Shown here: piece by piece, positions 28,010-38,130 of the stretch
How the letters are laid out: the number at the start of each line of letters is the position of its first letter
How positions within the stretch are numbered: the first letter of the stretch is position 1
IMG/VR virus record: IMGVR_UViG_3300018428_002561
Source: an uncultured virus (IMG/VR IMGVR_UViG_3300018428_002561)
Lineage: Duplodnaviria; Heunggongvirae; Uroviricota; Caudoviricetes
Direction: 5' to 3' (one strand)
Length of the DNA stretch: 64,000 nucleotides
Notes under the pieces: model-generated
The model's database searches: none
The model's input: the letters and a program-made list of their open reading frames with translations, nothing else
What the model was told of the DNA's origin: nothing
Position numbers and translations under genes: made by a program

Positions 28010-29207
28010 TTACCCGACTGTTGGAAATAACAACATGATTTATTGTGCGCCATACGGCCTTACTGAATCTGTTGACTACATGATTAAGTACAATCCAACT
28101 AATCATTCAATTACTAAAATACCATTATTAGTTGACTCAACTACCGAAAAGTGGCAAAAGGGAATTGTACATAGAAATAAAATTTACTTCCTACCATACA
28201 ATGAAAGCAATATATTGGTATTAGATACTAATGACGATAGCATAGAATACTTAAATTTAGAAAAGAAAGGACAAGGAAAATATATTCAAGGTCACATATA
28301 CGGCAGACACATTATAGCATTACCGTACGGCGAGCACGAACCATTTAATTATGTACTAGACATTGATATGCGTACTAACAATGTAACTACTAGACACTTA
28401 GCGTTGCCTGATGAAACAAAAAGATGGCATACTACCCAAATGTTAGATGGTATAATTTACGGTTTACCTCGAGGAGAAAACTTAGGAAATACATTTAATT
28501 CAAGGATAGAATACGACTGTTTTAATCGTACTTATAAATTAATAGATATGTTGCCTATACTATATGATTATAAAGACGTAAGACATGCTAATAAAAAATG
28601 GACAACACTTGCAAAAGCAAATGATAAATTGTATGCAGCACCGTATTGTGAACATAAAGAATTTGACCTTCTTGCAATTAGAAAAGAAGGTTGGGAATAT
28701 ATACAAACCAAACAAACAGGCACTAGCAGAAAATATTTTTCACACACTGTAACAAAAAATGGTAAAATATTTTTTCCGCCAGCAGGCCACGATGAGGACT
28801 GGAGCGAAATGCTTGTTATAAACAGTATGACAGATGAATGGTATGTTAAAGATTTAGGCATTGGAAAAGAAAGTAAAAAATATTTTGCCGGAGTTGAGAA
28901 CAGTAAAGGAAAGTTATACTATATCCCTAGAGGAGGATGTGTTTGCGAGCCAGAGGATACATGGAAAAGCCAAGGTGACTTAGCAGAAATATTAGTTATT
29001 GACACAAACACAGAAGAGCATTATACCATAGACGTAAGTAAATATTTTACAGATAATACTACTATTGAAAAGTATAACCAATGTGTAATTATTAACGATA
29101 TCATATATGCCTTTCCATACGGAGAAAGTGAGAGTTTTCAAACTGTACTAGTATTTGATACAAAAGTTGAAAAAGTTATAAGGACAATAGATTTAAATGA
29201 TGTATAA
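27990..29207 (+). CDS. beta-propeller (kelch-like) repeat protein
   Basis: Repeated IY.(L/A)PY(G/N) blades; likely TTG start 27990 after GGAG. Confidence 0.6.
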   Translation: MTPQAFSYPTVGNNNMIYCAPYGLTESVDYMIKYNPTNHSITKIPLLVDSTTEKWQKGIVHRNKIYFLPYNESNILVLDTNDDSIEYLNLEKKGQGKYIQGHIYGRHIIALPYGEHEPFNYVLDIDMRTNNVTTRHLALPDETKRWHTTQMLDGIIYGLPRGENLGNTFNSRIEYDCFNRTYKLIDMLPILYDYKDVRHANKKWTTLAKANDKLYAAPYCEHKEFDLLAIRKEGWEYIQTKQTGTSRKYFSHTVTKNGKIFFPPAGHDEDWSEMLVINSMTDEWYVKDLGIGKESKKYFAGVENSKGKLYYIPRGGCVCEPEDTWKSQGDLAEILVIDTNTEEHYTIDVSKYFTDNTTIEKYNQCVIINDIIYAFPYGESESFQTVLVFDTKVEKVIRTIDLNDV

Positions 29208-30339
29208 AGCATTTGAAGATTTCTACAAAGAAGAAAACATAAAGCACTTATTACTCCTTGACTGGAATGGTATATTAACAAGTCCGCCATTTGCTACTGA
29301 ACAATGTAAAGAGTATGCAGATGTTTGGCGTTTTAAAAAAGATATTATCAAATTAGATCTACCTCCTGCTACTAGTAAAACTAATGCTCCTATTGTTTTA
29401 GATAACGATTTATGGCTTATACCATACGGCATATACGACGAACTTAATATTGTAGTACAAATTAAAGACAACGATGTAGTGTATCACAAATTATCGTTTG
29501 CAGGCAAAGGGCAATTTTACAGTATTGCATCAAACGGTACATCTGCGTTTAGTTTTCCTTTAGGATACGAAGATACTAACTACGGACTGTATATTAACGA
29601 AGGTAAAGTTAGCGAACACAAACTACCCTACGAAGGCAAAAAATTACATATGGGTACTGTATATTGCAATGGCAGATATTGGAGTATGCCGAGAGGTGAT
29701 AATCCCGGGTATAACAAACTACTAAGTTTCGACGGTAATAATTTTGAAAGTTTTGAGTTAGACATCAATAGTAATATTACTAGAAAGTTTAGTGATATAA
29801 TAGTAAAAGACAATACACTTTACAGTTTGCCTTTCGGCGAAACGCCTGGTATGACAGAAATCGTAGAATTTGATACAACTACTAATAGAGCAATATATCA
29901 TAATTTAACACTAACTAATGACTTTGCTAAAAAATATAATTGTGGCGTTTTAGTTAATAATAAAATAATTGCATTACCATATGGTGACGAATATAGCCAA
30001 GATAGTAATTGGGGTGTAGTTTTTGATACTGACACGAAAGAAAGTAAAGTTTTTGATATTGGTCTTAACTTTGGTGGCAAGTACAGATATCGTTGTGGTG
30101 TAGCACTAGACAACAAAGCAATATTTTTTCCATCTGGTACACCTAGTTGTCCTATAATGAGTGTAGATGAAAATACAAATATAAAAACATTATATCTTAC
30201 TGATTATATGTTAGGTCGTCCGTATGTAAAAAATAATTTAATATGCTGTATGTCATATAGAAAAGCCGATAGACAACACTTTATGTTAATATTTGATAGC
30301 GAATTAAATTTGCTGGGTAGCTATCAACTCTTTGCGTAG
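29197..30339 (+). CDS. beta-propeller repeat protein (paralog of the upstream gene)
   Basis: Repeated LIPYG/FPLG/MPRG/LPFG/LPYG/FPSG blades. Confidence 0.6.
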   Translation: MMYKAFEDFYKEENIKHLLLLDWNGILTSPPFATEQCKEYADVWRFKKDIIKLDLPPATSKTNAPIVLDNDLWLIPYGIYDELNIVVQIKDNDVVYHKLSFAGKGQFYSIASNGTSAFSFPLGYEDTNYGLYINEGKVSEHKLPYEGKKLHMGTVYCNGRYWSMPRGDNPGYNKLLSFDGNNFESFELDINSNITRKFSDIIVKDNTLYSLPFGETPGMTEIVEFDTTTNRAIYHNLTLTNDFAKKYNCGVLVNNKIIALPYGDEYSQDSNWGVVFDTDTKESKVFDIGLNFGGKYRYRCGVALDNKAIFFPSGTPSCPIMSVDENTNIKTLYLTDYMLGRPYVKNNLICCMSYRKADRQHFMLIFDSELNLLGSYQLFA

Positions 30340-31227
30340 ATATATATCACTCAAACAGTAACATTTATCTTTACCGCATGTAATTGTACTATTAGGTAAA
30401 GTATATTTTTCTAAATTACCTATTTTGCCGCCTTGCTGACACTCGGCACGGTATATGTCTCCCCACATATCAATACTAATCATATCTAATCCTGCCCAGC
30501 ATTTCCAACCTTTGTGTGCATTAAGCTCATTAACTATTAAGTCATTTGCATTAATATCTTTACCATTTAATAGTAGGCCGCCTCTGTGTAACTTTGTATC
30601 ATCTAATTTACGTGTATAAGGCCAATTAGTAATAATGTTTTGCTGTGATGTTGAGTATGCACTAACTTCGTTAGTAGGATATCCTTCAATTTCTTGTTTA
30701 TCTAAAATTACCTTTGGCCATATCATTACATTGTCGCTACAATTAAATAAACGTTCTGCAATATCTAATAGTTCATCAAAACTATCAGGTAACATCATAA
30801 GATTAACAGCAACAGGACAAGTCATTACTTTTATAACTTCTATTATATGATCAATATTAGCAAATTCAGGATGATAACTGATAATCATTCCGTCAGTGTG
30901 TTCTGTTATCTCTGCGAAGTATTCTACTTTTTGACTTGCGTTGGTTAGAAAACTAAAGTATTGGCCTTGTTGTTTTACAAGTTTAGCCATGTCAATAAAA
31001 TGTTTCCAATAAGTAGGTTCGCCGCCTGAAATCCTATAGCAAATTTGTTTGCCATTAGCATCAAAGTTTTCTACAAAATTTTTAACCGTGTCCCATTTTT
31101 TATGGCCTGTACTTCCGTCATGAAGTCTGCTTGGACAATAAGAACAACGGTAATTGCATTTATTAGATAGTGTCCAACTAACTAAAAACCAATCTTCTTT
31201 TGCAGGGTCTTTGTAAGAAAGTTTCAT
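30304..31227 (-). CDS. radical SAM enzyme with C-terminal Cys cluster
   Basis: CNYRCSYC, SGGEPT; C-terminal CWAG...C...C...CYC. Confidence 0.85.
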   Translation of the reverse strand: MKLSYKDPAKEDWFLVSWTLSNKCNYRCSYCPSRLHDGSTGHKKWDTVKNFVENFDANGKQICYRISGGEPTYWKHFIDMAKLVKQQGQYFSFLTNASQKVEYFAEITEHTDGMIISYHPEFANIDHIIEVIKVMTCPVAVNLMMLPDSFDELLDIAERLFNCSDNVMIWPKVILDKQEIEGYPTNEVSAYSTSQQNIITNWPYTRKLDDTKLHRGGLLLNGKDINANDLIVNELNAHKGWKCWAGLDMISIDMWGDIYRAECQQGGKIGNLEKYTLPNSTITCGKDKCYCLSDIYLRKELIATQQI

Positions 31228-31880
31228 TCTGCCATTGTGTTATTTAAAATTAGTTGTTGTGTACGTTCATTTAATTTTACTGTTAAAATTAATGAATACA
31301 GATTATCACTAAAACTAAACACACTGTGATCTAATTGAAAGTTTGTAAAGTAAACAAATCCAGGTTCTGGGTATAATGGCTTGCCGTCTACCATTTGTAC
31401 ATAATTTTCAGGACTACAACGTCCAAACACTACTAGCAATCTAAAATATTCTGGACTTACACCGTGAAAGTCTCTGTGCGGAGGAAAGAAGCCTCCTTGG
31501 TCAACACGCAATAAATGTACACGACCAATATCTGGTGCAAAAACATCTACTAGTTTTGCAAGCTCAGGAATATTATTATACACCTCTGTTGGTGTGTTAA
31601 AGTTTTCTTCCTTCATTTCTATGTCATGGTATTTCTGCATATGACCAAAACTATTCAAATGGTAATTGTCCATAACATCACCGGTGTGACTTGTTACTGG
31701 TAACCCCCAGCGATTATTGTGAGTGTCTTTTTTAGCATTGTACGGACACCAATTATCTTTAAACTGTTCTAATTGTTGTTCAACTTGGTGATGGTCAATA
31801 TGCCATTTAAGTTTTACTTGGTTACCTAAGTTGACTAAACTTTGCCAACGTAGTCCTCTTTCAATTTCTTCAGGTGTCAT
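31224..31880 (-). CDS. AspH-like Fe(II)/2OG oxygenase
   Basis: GRVHLLRVDQGGFFPPHRD...GFVYFTNFQLDHSVFS. Confidence 0.7.
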   Translation of the reverse strand: MTPEEIERGLRWQSLVNLGNQVKLKWHIDHHQVEQQLEQFKDNWCPYNAKKDTHNNRWGLPVTSHTGDVMDNYHLNSFGHMQKYHDIEMKEENFNTPTEVYNNIPELAKLVDVFAPDIGRVHLLRVDQGGFFPPHRDFHGVSPEYFRLLVVFGRCSPENYVQMVDGKPLYPEPGFVYFTNFQLDHSVFSFSDNLYSLILTVKLNERTQQLILNNTMAE

Positions 31881-33172
31881 ATATCTCTCAATTCTTTAAA
31901 CGTATTTCTAAAGTTTAATTCTCTTGTTTTGTCGCATATTTCTAAGTATTGTACAGCCGCCGGAAGTTTATGTGACCAATCTTCTGAATTCATGTAATCA
32001 ACTAAACCTAACCAACGCATTTTGCCATAAGCATTATTAATAAATTCATGTGTGTTAATACTATTAGCAAACTTACTTATCGTATCTGCGGCTTGGGCTT
32101 TTAAGTCTTGAGGTAGTACTCGCACATTTAAGTAGGACGGTAAGTACACTAAATGTAACCCTATTATACCTCCGCCATATGGCGCACGATTTATTTTTTT
32201 AAAGTTTTGATCTAACTTCCATTGTGCAAGTTCTACTAAACTGTGTACATTAAGAAGTTGTACGGCGCAAGCAAGATTAACAGTTATATGATCTGATGTA
32301 TTATCAAGTAAATGCATATTCTCTACAATACTATCCCACTTACTCGGATGTCTTATGTAATCATTTTTTTCGCCAACACTGTCAACACTAAAGTTAAATT
32401 TTACTTCTTTAAAATATTCCCACATATCAAGCAATCTTTGTGATATGTCTGTAGCATTACTATTATATCTAAGTATACAATCTTTTGCATAACCTTCGTC
32501 TATCATAAATTGTAGTATTGCATAATGTTCCGGTATGAGCAATGGTTCTCCGCCAGCAAAATATAATTCTTTTATATAGTGTGCTTGATTTTTTACAGAG
32601 TCTAAGAAACTACTTTTCTTGTACCATACATAATCAAAACTAGGATCCCAGCCTTGATCTTGTTTCAAATCTATAAGTTCATATTTTGGATATTGTAATT
32701 TCCAATCTTTAATCCACTTTGAGCTATCATGCGGACTACACATAATGCATTTTAAATTACATAGGTTACCTAATCTTAAATCAAAGTAAGGTATGTTTAC
32801 AGGCAACGTGCCATCTTCTTGTGTTTGATCAACAATTTCTTGTACATTGATCCTTTCATTCCATACCTCGGTTTCCCAATTCCTTTTGCTTTTTATACCT
32901 TTTGCCTCTTCTTCAAAACATTTTTTACAACTTAAAGGAATTTCATCATTAAGCATTTGCAATCTAGTATTACGCATTTGCTCACTATTCCAAACTTCTT
33001 CGATAGTATGATCACGTAGATTCATGTTAACACCATCTTGTTTAACAAGTCCTACTTCCTTGTTGTCAGTCTTGCCTGCGCCACTAGCGTTTGCTGTACA
33101 ACAAACTCTTACATCGCCATTTGGTCTAGTTGCCAAATGTATCCATGGCAAGGGGCAGAATGTTTTACCCAT
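31877..33172 (-). CDS. radical SAM enzyme with N-terminal SPASM/twitch-like domain
   Basis: CPLPW...VRVCC...CKKC, then CNLKCIMC and AGGEP. Confidence 0.85.
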   Translation of the reverse strand: MGKTFCPLPWIHLATRPNGDVRVCCTANASGAGKTDNKEVGLVKQDGVNMNLRDHTIEEVWNSEQMRNTRLQMLNDEIPLSCKKCFEEEAKGIKSKRNWETEVWNERINVQEIVDQTQEDGTLPVNIPYFDLRLGNLCNLKCIMCSPHDSSKWIKDWKLQYPKYELIDLKQDQGWDPSFDYVWYKKSSFLDSVKNQAHYIKELYFAGGEPLLIPEHYAILQFMIDEGYAKDCILRYNSNATDISQRLLDMWEYFKEVKFNFSVDSVGEKNDYIRHPSKWDSIVENMHLLDNTSDHITVNLACAVQLLNVHSLVELAQWKLDQNFKKINRAPYGGGIIGLHLVYLPSYLNVRVLPQDLKAQAADTISKFANSINTHEFINNAYGKMRWLGLVDYMNSEDWSHKLPAAVQYLEICDKTRELNFRNTFKELRDI

Positions 33173-33764
33173 TAAATTTATGTCCTATAATCATATATCT
33201 TGTGTACTTAGGTGTTTTAAATTCTCCTACATATGCAACATATACTTTTGATTGCTGTACAAAGTCTTCCATACTTTTTGCACATCTTACGTGTTCATCA
33301 AGGTCAACATAGTTATTACTTTGTAGTACTACCTTTGTACCTGGTTGAATATTACTTAACCATTTGTCATATTGCTCTTGTGTTAAATGCTCGCAACTAG
33401 TGTTAATAGCAACATCTGCATCTGTAGTGTACTCGCACATATCTGCTGTTGTGGCAGTAAATCTTCCGTCCATGTGATAACGCATGTTAATAGTTTCTGC
33501 AATAGTTTTACAAACAGGATCAATATCTATGCTTTCTATTTCAGGTATTGCAAGATCACTATTAAAGAGTAAACTTGCAAGTACTCCATTCCAGCCACCG
33601 TAAATAGCAACATTACCTTGAAGTTTATATTCTTGCATTTGTTCTATTAACCAAAGTTTACTGTGTACTTGGCCTTTCCAAAAACTTTCTAGTGTACGAT
33701 ATCGATTTTCGCTGTTACGAATTGCGTCCATCCAAAACAGTACATCTTCAATATCAACTTTCAA
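33165..33764 (-). CDS. class I SAM-dependent methyltransferase-like protein
   Basis: VAIYGGWNG, SIDIDP, TADM, INTSCEH. Confidence 0.65.
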   Translation of the reverse strand: MKVDIEDVLFWMDAIRNSENRYRTLESFWKGQVHSKLWLIEQMQEYKLQGNVAIYGGWNGVLASLLFNSDLAIPEIESIDIDPVCKTIAETINMRYHMDGRFTATTADMCEYTTDADVAINTSCEHLTQEQYDKWLSNIQPGTKVVLQSNNYVDLDEHVRCAKSMEDFVQQSKVYVAYVGEFKTPKYTRYMIIGHKFNG

Positions 33765-34740
33765 ATTGAGCTCCTAGTTTATCAAACTTGCCGCATTGTT
33801 TTTGACATTCTTTTAAACAACCGTTTGACCATGTGTTTTCGATACTACTAAAAAAGTTACTGTCAAATATTTCTTGCAAAGTATGGTTATTAAGATTAGG
33901 AAAATTTCCTATTTTATCCATGTAATCAATTCTACTTTCACTTACTGGTGGTAGCCATTCTAAATCTAACCAACAACAGGGTGCAATGTTACCGTTAGCA
34001 GCAACATATATAGATTGAGAGTTTTGTGCTTTGCAAGTTATTGTTGGGCTTATTTCTTGTTTTGCTTCTTCTACTATTTTTATAAAACTTTCACTTGTTT
34101 CTGTAGGGTACAAAATATCAATTGTTTTTCCAGTATCATCTAAAACATTAAATTGGCCATTTTTAAATCTACTAGAATTTTTGTACTTAAAATCACTAAA
34201 GCCTAATTCACTTGCAAGTTGTCTACATTCATCTACTTGATGTTTGTTGTGACGGAACACTAACATATCCCATCTAGCATTGCCGCCTGCATTAATAAAC
34301 GTTTTTGCATTTTCTAGTATAGTGTGAAAGTCTGTGTTTATTCTATAGCGAGAATGTGTATCTTCTAGTCCGTCTATTCCAAATACTACAGTTACATCTA
34401 CACTAGCAAGTTCTTGCCACCATGTACTATTCCTTGCACTACCATTTGTATGCATTTGTAAATTAATGTTAGGATTTACTTCACGCAAGTATTTGTATAT
34501 GTCAAGTGTTTCAGTATTAATAATAGGATCACCTAAGTTACCACACATATTAAGTTTGTCAAGTTGTTGTATAAAACTAACTGAAAACCATTCTTTGAAT
34601 GTTTCTAAGGTAATATCATCTAATGTTACATATGGCATCATAGGACCGCCTTGCATACGTCTTGGACACATCGGGCAACGTGCTTGACATCGTGAAGTAA
34701 CTTCTAGATGTATGTCTCTTATTTGATCCAACTTATACAT
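33754..34740 (-). CDS. radical SAM enzyme with C-terminal SPASM/twitch domain
   Basis: CQARCPMC, GNLGDP, HTNG; C-terminal C...GNIAPCC...CQKQC. Confidence 0.85.
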   Translation of the reverse strand: MYKLDQIRDIHLEVTSRCQARCPMCPRRMQGGPMMPYVTLDDITLETFKEWFSVSFIQQLDKLNMCGNLGDPIINTETLDIYKYLREVNPNINLQMHTNGSARNSTWWQELASVDVTVVFGIDGLEDTHSRYRINTDFHTILENAKTFINAGGNARWDMLVFRHNKHQVDECRQLASELGFSDFKYKNSSRFKNGQFNVLDDTGKTIDILYPTETSESFIKIVEEAKQEISPTITCKAQNSQSIYVAANGNIAPCCWLDLEWLPPVSESRIDYMDKIGNFPNLNNHTLQEIFDSNFFSSIENTWSNGCLKECQKQCGKFDKLGAQFES

Positions 34741-35443
34741 TGCGCCAACCTTTGTTTAGTTCTTTTATCTGCTCAAAAACATTTGAATTTATTTCGTGTG
34801 TATTTAATGTAGATATTAAGAAGTCTAAATCTTTTGGCAAACATTTACCGTCAAATCCTCTAGTACCATCATGCCCTGGTACATCTAAATATGATTGTTT
34901 TGGTTGCACAGCAAGAAACATATCTTTTATATTATTATAGTCTGCATCAACACTATTTGCTAGATCGTAAAATATATTTGCAAACGCTATACGGATTACA
35001 GCAAGATTATTTGAAAACATTTTTACAAGCTCTGCTTCTGCTGTAGAACATACTATTATGTCTTCATCATATCTAAGCCATGTCGGAATATCACTATCAC
35101 ATCCTACAACCAAAGGACGATTAAGACAGTCTTTTTTCCAATGTCTTTCACGTAAAAACTCCGGCATGTATATTAAGCATGATTTGTTTATCTTTTTACA
35201 CGTACCAAGTGGCAATGTACTACGGATTATAACCGTGTCTGCTTTGAGTTTTTCTACTTCACTAATTAAAACATCAATGTCATCTTTTGTGTTAGTAGGT
35301 ATACATACAAACACTGTATCTGCATTGTCTAATACACTTCTATCTGTGCCTAATTTAATATCATGTATAACTGTATCGTCAGGTAATCCTAATCCCAATT
35401 TGGTTGCTTTGCCAACAAATCCATACCCTAATATGCCAAACAT
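34733..35443 (-). CDS. UDP-glucose/GDP-mannose 6-dehydrogenase family (short form lacking the C-terminal domain)
   Basis: GYGFVG, VCIPT, IRST, PEFLRE, AELVKMFSN, GFDGKCLPKD. Confidence 0.85.
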   Translation of the reverse strand: MFGILGYGFVGKATKLGLGLPDDTVIHDIKLGTDRSVLDNADTVFVCIPTNTKDDIDVLISEVEKLKADTVIIRSTLPLGTCKKINKSCLIYMPEFLRERHWKKDCLNRPLVVGCDSDIPTWLRYDEDIIVCSTAEAELVKMFSNNLAVIRIAFANIFYDLANSVDADYNNIKDMFLAVQPKQSYLDVPGHDGTRGFDGKCLPKDLDFLISTLNTHEINSNVFEQIKELNKGWRNV

Positions 35444-36426
35444 TACTTTTTCCTCTTAGGTATTTTGCTATCTGCACTACTTACACAACTATTAGTAACA
35501 CACTTAGATGGTGTCTTAAACAGCGTAAAACCGTCTGTAAGCGTGCCTAAGGGTTCTTCATGGCAACTGTATGCCCGCTTTACTTCATTGCTACGTATAA
35601 TGCAACTTTGATACCCTGCATTACAGGTCCAACCTTTAAACTTATTAAAGCCAAAAGCATTAAAACGTTCTGCTTGATCTAATTCGTACTCTATTCCTTT
35701 ATTGTCTTTGAGTAAGATTTGTGCGACTTGTTCGCCTTTCCATGTTTGTGGGAATCTTGTTCGCATTCTAGTAATTTGCTCATCTGTGTAACCTCCAACC
35801 ACGAAGCTGGCGGTAGGGTCGGACTGGGGTTTGAGAGTGACGTTAATACCTCTGGTGGCAAATCGTTCCAAACGCTCGTAAAGCTCTTCAAACTTTTCTG
35901 GAACCATAACTTGATTGATCGTAACATAAACGCCTCCTTCCATAAGTGCAAGACATTTATCTCCAAAATCTTGTTCGTTAGCAAACTCATCATGGAAACT
36001 TGCTGTAATGCTTCTGCGTTGTAATGTACTAGTGTATTTAATAAATCTGTTCCACCAAGATTGTGCAGGTGATAAATTTGTTGTCATGTGTAGACTTTGA
36101 TACTCTGCATCAGGATCCTCTGCATAATATTTTACTACAGTACCAAATTGTTTATACGCTGTAGGTTCTCCTCCACTAAAACTAAAGTGGAAATCTGTAA
36201 AGTTATTTGCACGAGCTTGTGTCTTTATACTATCTATGGTGTTTAAGTATAATTCTAAATCTTGATGATCAGGGGTACTAGATCTTGCGTATGGCCAGCA
36301 ATAAGAACAGTTATAATTACAAAATCTAGCCAATATCCAAGAAACATTAAAAAGATGGCTCTTTAACATCGTTTGTTGGCCAAACTCTGTTATATCTTGC
36401 CAAGGTATTTGGTCGTAATTACTCAT
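35443..36426 (-). CDS. radical SAM enzyme with C-terminal Cys cluster (paralog of 30304-31227)
   Basis: CNYNCSYC, SGGEPT; C-terminal CNAG...C...C...C. Confidence 0.85.
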   Translation of the reverse strand: MSNYDQIPWQDITEFGQQTMLKSHLFNVSWILARFCNYNCSYCWPYARSSTPDHQDLELYLNTIDSIKTQARANNFTDFHFSFSGGEPTAYKQFGTVVKYYAEDPDAEYQSLHMTTNLSPAQSWWNRFIKYTSTLQRRSITASFHDEFANEQDFGDKCLALMEGGVYVTINQVMVPEKFEELYERLERFATRGINVTLKPQSDPTASFVVGGYTDEQITRMRTRFPQTWKGEQVAQILLKDNKGIEYELDQAERFNAFGFNKFKGWTCNAGYQSCIIRSNEVKRAYSCHEEPLGTLTDGFTLFKTPSKCVTNSCVSSADSKIPKRKK

Positions 36427-38095
36427 AAAATCTTTCCTCTAACCACTGAAAGTCATTTATAAGTGCTAATACATCTGGCTTGTTTTTATTAGCACTACCA
36501 AATTCTCGCCCTTCAATTGCACCTTTAATAGCATACTCCCCATACGGACTGTCTTTTCCTACTGTGGTCCAGACTTCTAAACGCTGTTCTGTTTCCTCGT
36601 CTTCCTGTCCTTTAATAATTTTACTTGAAAGTTTTGTACATTCTCTAAATGCACTTTTCCATGTGTTAAATGGATCTGTGTTAAACACTGTATAATTACT
36701 TAGTTGATCAACAACCTTAAATTTATCACTAATACTAGTTGTCATATCAGAACTATTAACATCTACATTTGCTGTAAGCTCAGTAGGCAATAATTTCACA
36801 CCACCATACCCGTACTCTAAGTCATTAATTGGATTTTTACTTCTCCAAACATGAACTGTAGTTTCCTCCCATACTGGCACTTGATAGTTAAAATTAAAAT
36901 CATCAACTAATTCGGCATCGCCGTCGACAACAAAAAACATATTTGTAGAACAAAGTTCAGCAGCTTTTTTGTGTGCATTATGAATTCCTTTTACATCTCT
37001 TACCCATCTTAAATTAGTAAAAGGATTGCTTGTTCTAATTTTATCTTGTATCATTGAAAAATGTTTATCAGCATTTTTTTCTTTATAACTTATAAACACT
37101 ACATCATACGGTATAGGCTCTGATATAATTTCTTCATGCTCTTTTCTAGTTACTACATACCTACTGTTAAATTCTCTTTTGCCTAACTTGTGCTTTGTTG
37201 TACTTAGAACTACGCCATTGTGATAAGTAGGCTCACCTCTAAACATGTGTTTGTATACATGATGCATTTCTCTATCAGCATCATAACGACCATCTGTTGG
37301 ACTATAGTAAAAGTCAAATATTGTTTGATCTGTAATTTTTACGTTATCCCAAATAATCCAAAAAAGAGGACTTGTTTCTGTTTCAACAATTTTTTCATAT
37401 TCTTCATATGTACTAATTACATGCCTAGGATATCTAAATCTACTTACTGGCTGTTCATTTTCTTTTCTGTTTATTATAAACCTATGTTCTATTTCTTTTT
37501 TTGATAACGGCTTATTCACAGAAGCTAACAACAGTCCTCCATGATAACTTATAGTATCATTACAAAATGTAGGCCATACATGATTTTCGTTTCTATCATA
37601 ACTATTATGATGACTAAAGTATGACGAAAGTATAACACTTTCTGTAATTTCTACATTCTTCCAAACACACCAAAACATTTCGGTATGACTCTTTTGCAAT
37701 GCTTCTTCGTAATCTTCATATTTGTCAATATGAAATATATCATACACAGAAGGCATGCTTGCTACAATATCTATTTCTTTTTTATTAACAAAAAATCTAT
37801 GTTTAATTTCTTTTTTTGATATATGTTTATCTTTAGGAACAAGACAAACACCATCAAAATGTTTGTCATTTAGAAATGTATGAACATACTTTTTATCCCA
37901 TTCGGGAACATCGTAGTCAAAATTAAAATTATCTACAATTTCTATATCGTCCCAAACGACATAAAACATATCCGTAAGAGACTTGCGCATTGCCTGTTCA
38001 AAACTTGATGCGTACTTAACTGTTGGAAATCGTTTACACAATTTTTCGTATAGTGCTTTGTTTCCTTTTTGTGATACATAAATGATATCATACAT
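36419..38095 (-). CDS. GT-A-like glycosyltransferase with three degenerate N-terminal repeats
   Basis: C-domain YDVVFISYKE...GIHNAH...FVVDGDA...GYGGVKL...WKSAFRE, preceded by three ~110-aa related units. Confidence 0.65.
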   Translation of the reverse strand: MYDIIYVSQKGNKALYEKLCKRFPTVKYASSFEQAMRKSLTDMFYVVWDDIEIVDNFNFDYDVPEWDKKYVHTFLNDKHFDGVCLVPKDKHISKKEIKHRFFVNKKEIDIVASMPSVYDIFHIDKYEDYEEALQKSHTEMFWCVWKNVEITESVILSSYFSHHNSYDRNENHVWPTFCNDTISYHGGLLLASVNKPLSKKEIEHRFIINRKENEQPVSRFRYPRHVISTYEEYEKIVETETSPLFWIIWDNVKITDQTIFDFYYSPTDGRYDADREMHHVYKHMFRGEPTYHNGVVLSTTKHKLGKREFNSRYVVTRKEHEEIISEPIPYDVVFISYKEKNADKHFSMIQDKIRTSNPFTNLRWVRDVKGIHNAHKKAAELCSTNMFFVVDGDAELVDDFNFNYQVPVWEETTVHVWRSKNPINDLEYGYGGVKLLPTELTANVDVNSSDMTTSISDKFKVVDQLSNYTVFNTDPFNTWKSAFRECTKLSSKIIKGQEDEETEQRLEVWTTVGKDSPYGEYAIKGAIEGREFGSANKNKPDVLALINDFQWLEERFYE

Positions 38096-38101
38096 CTTAT
38101 T

Positions 38102-38130
38102 ATTATACTACTTTTTTAAGAACTAGTCAA
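38102..38130 (-). promoter_or_regulatory. sigma70-type promoter; predicted +1 coincides with the ATG at 38095
   Basis: TTGACT (38130-38125), 17 bp, TATAAT (38107-38102) on the - strand. Confidence 0.75.

Noticed and set aside
34733..35443. Pseudogene call for the short NDP-sugar dehydrogenase
   Set aside because: NAD-binding, Lys and catalytic Cys motifs are intact, the ORF is coupled to both neighbours, and no remnant of the missing domain follows
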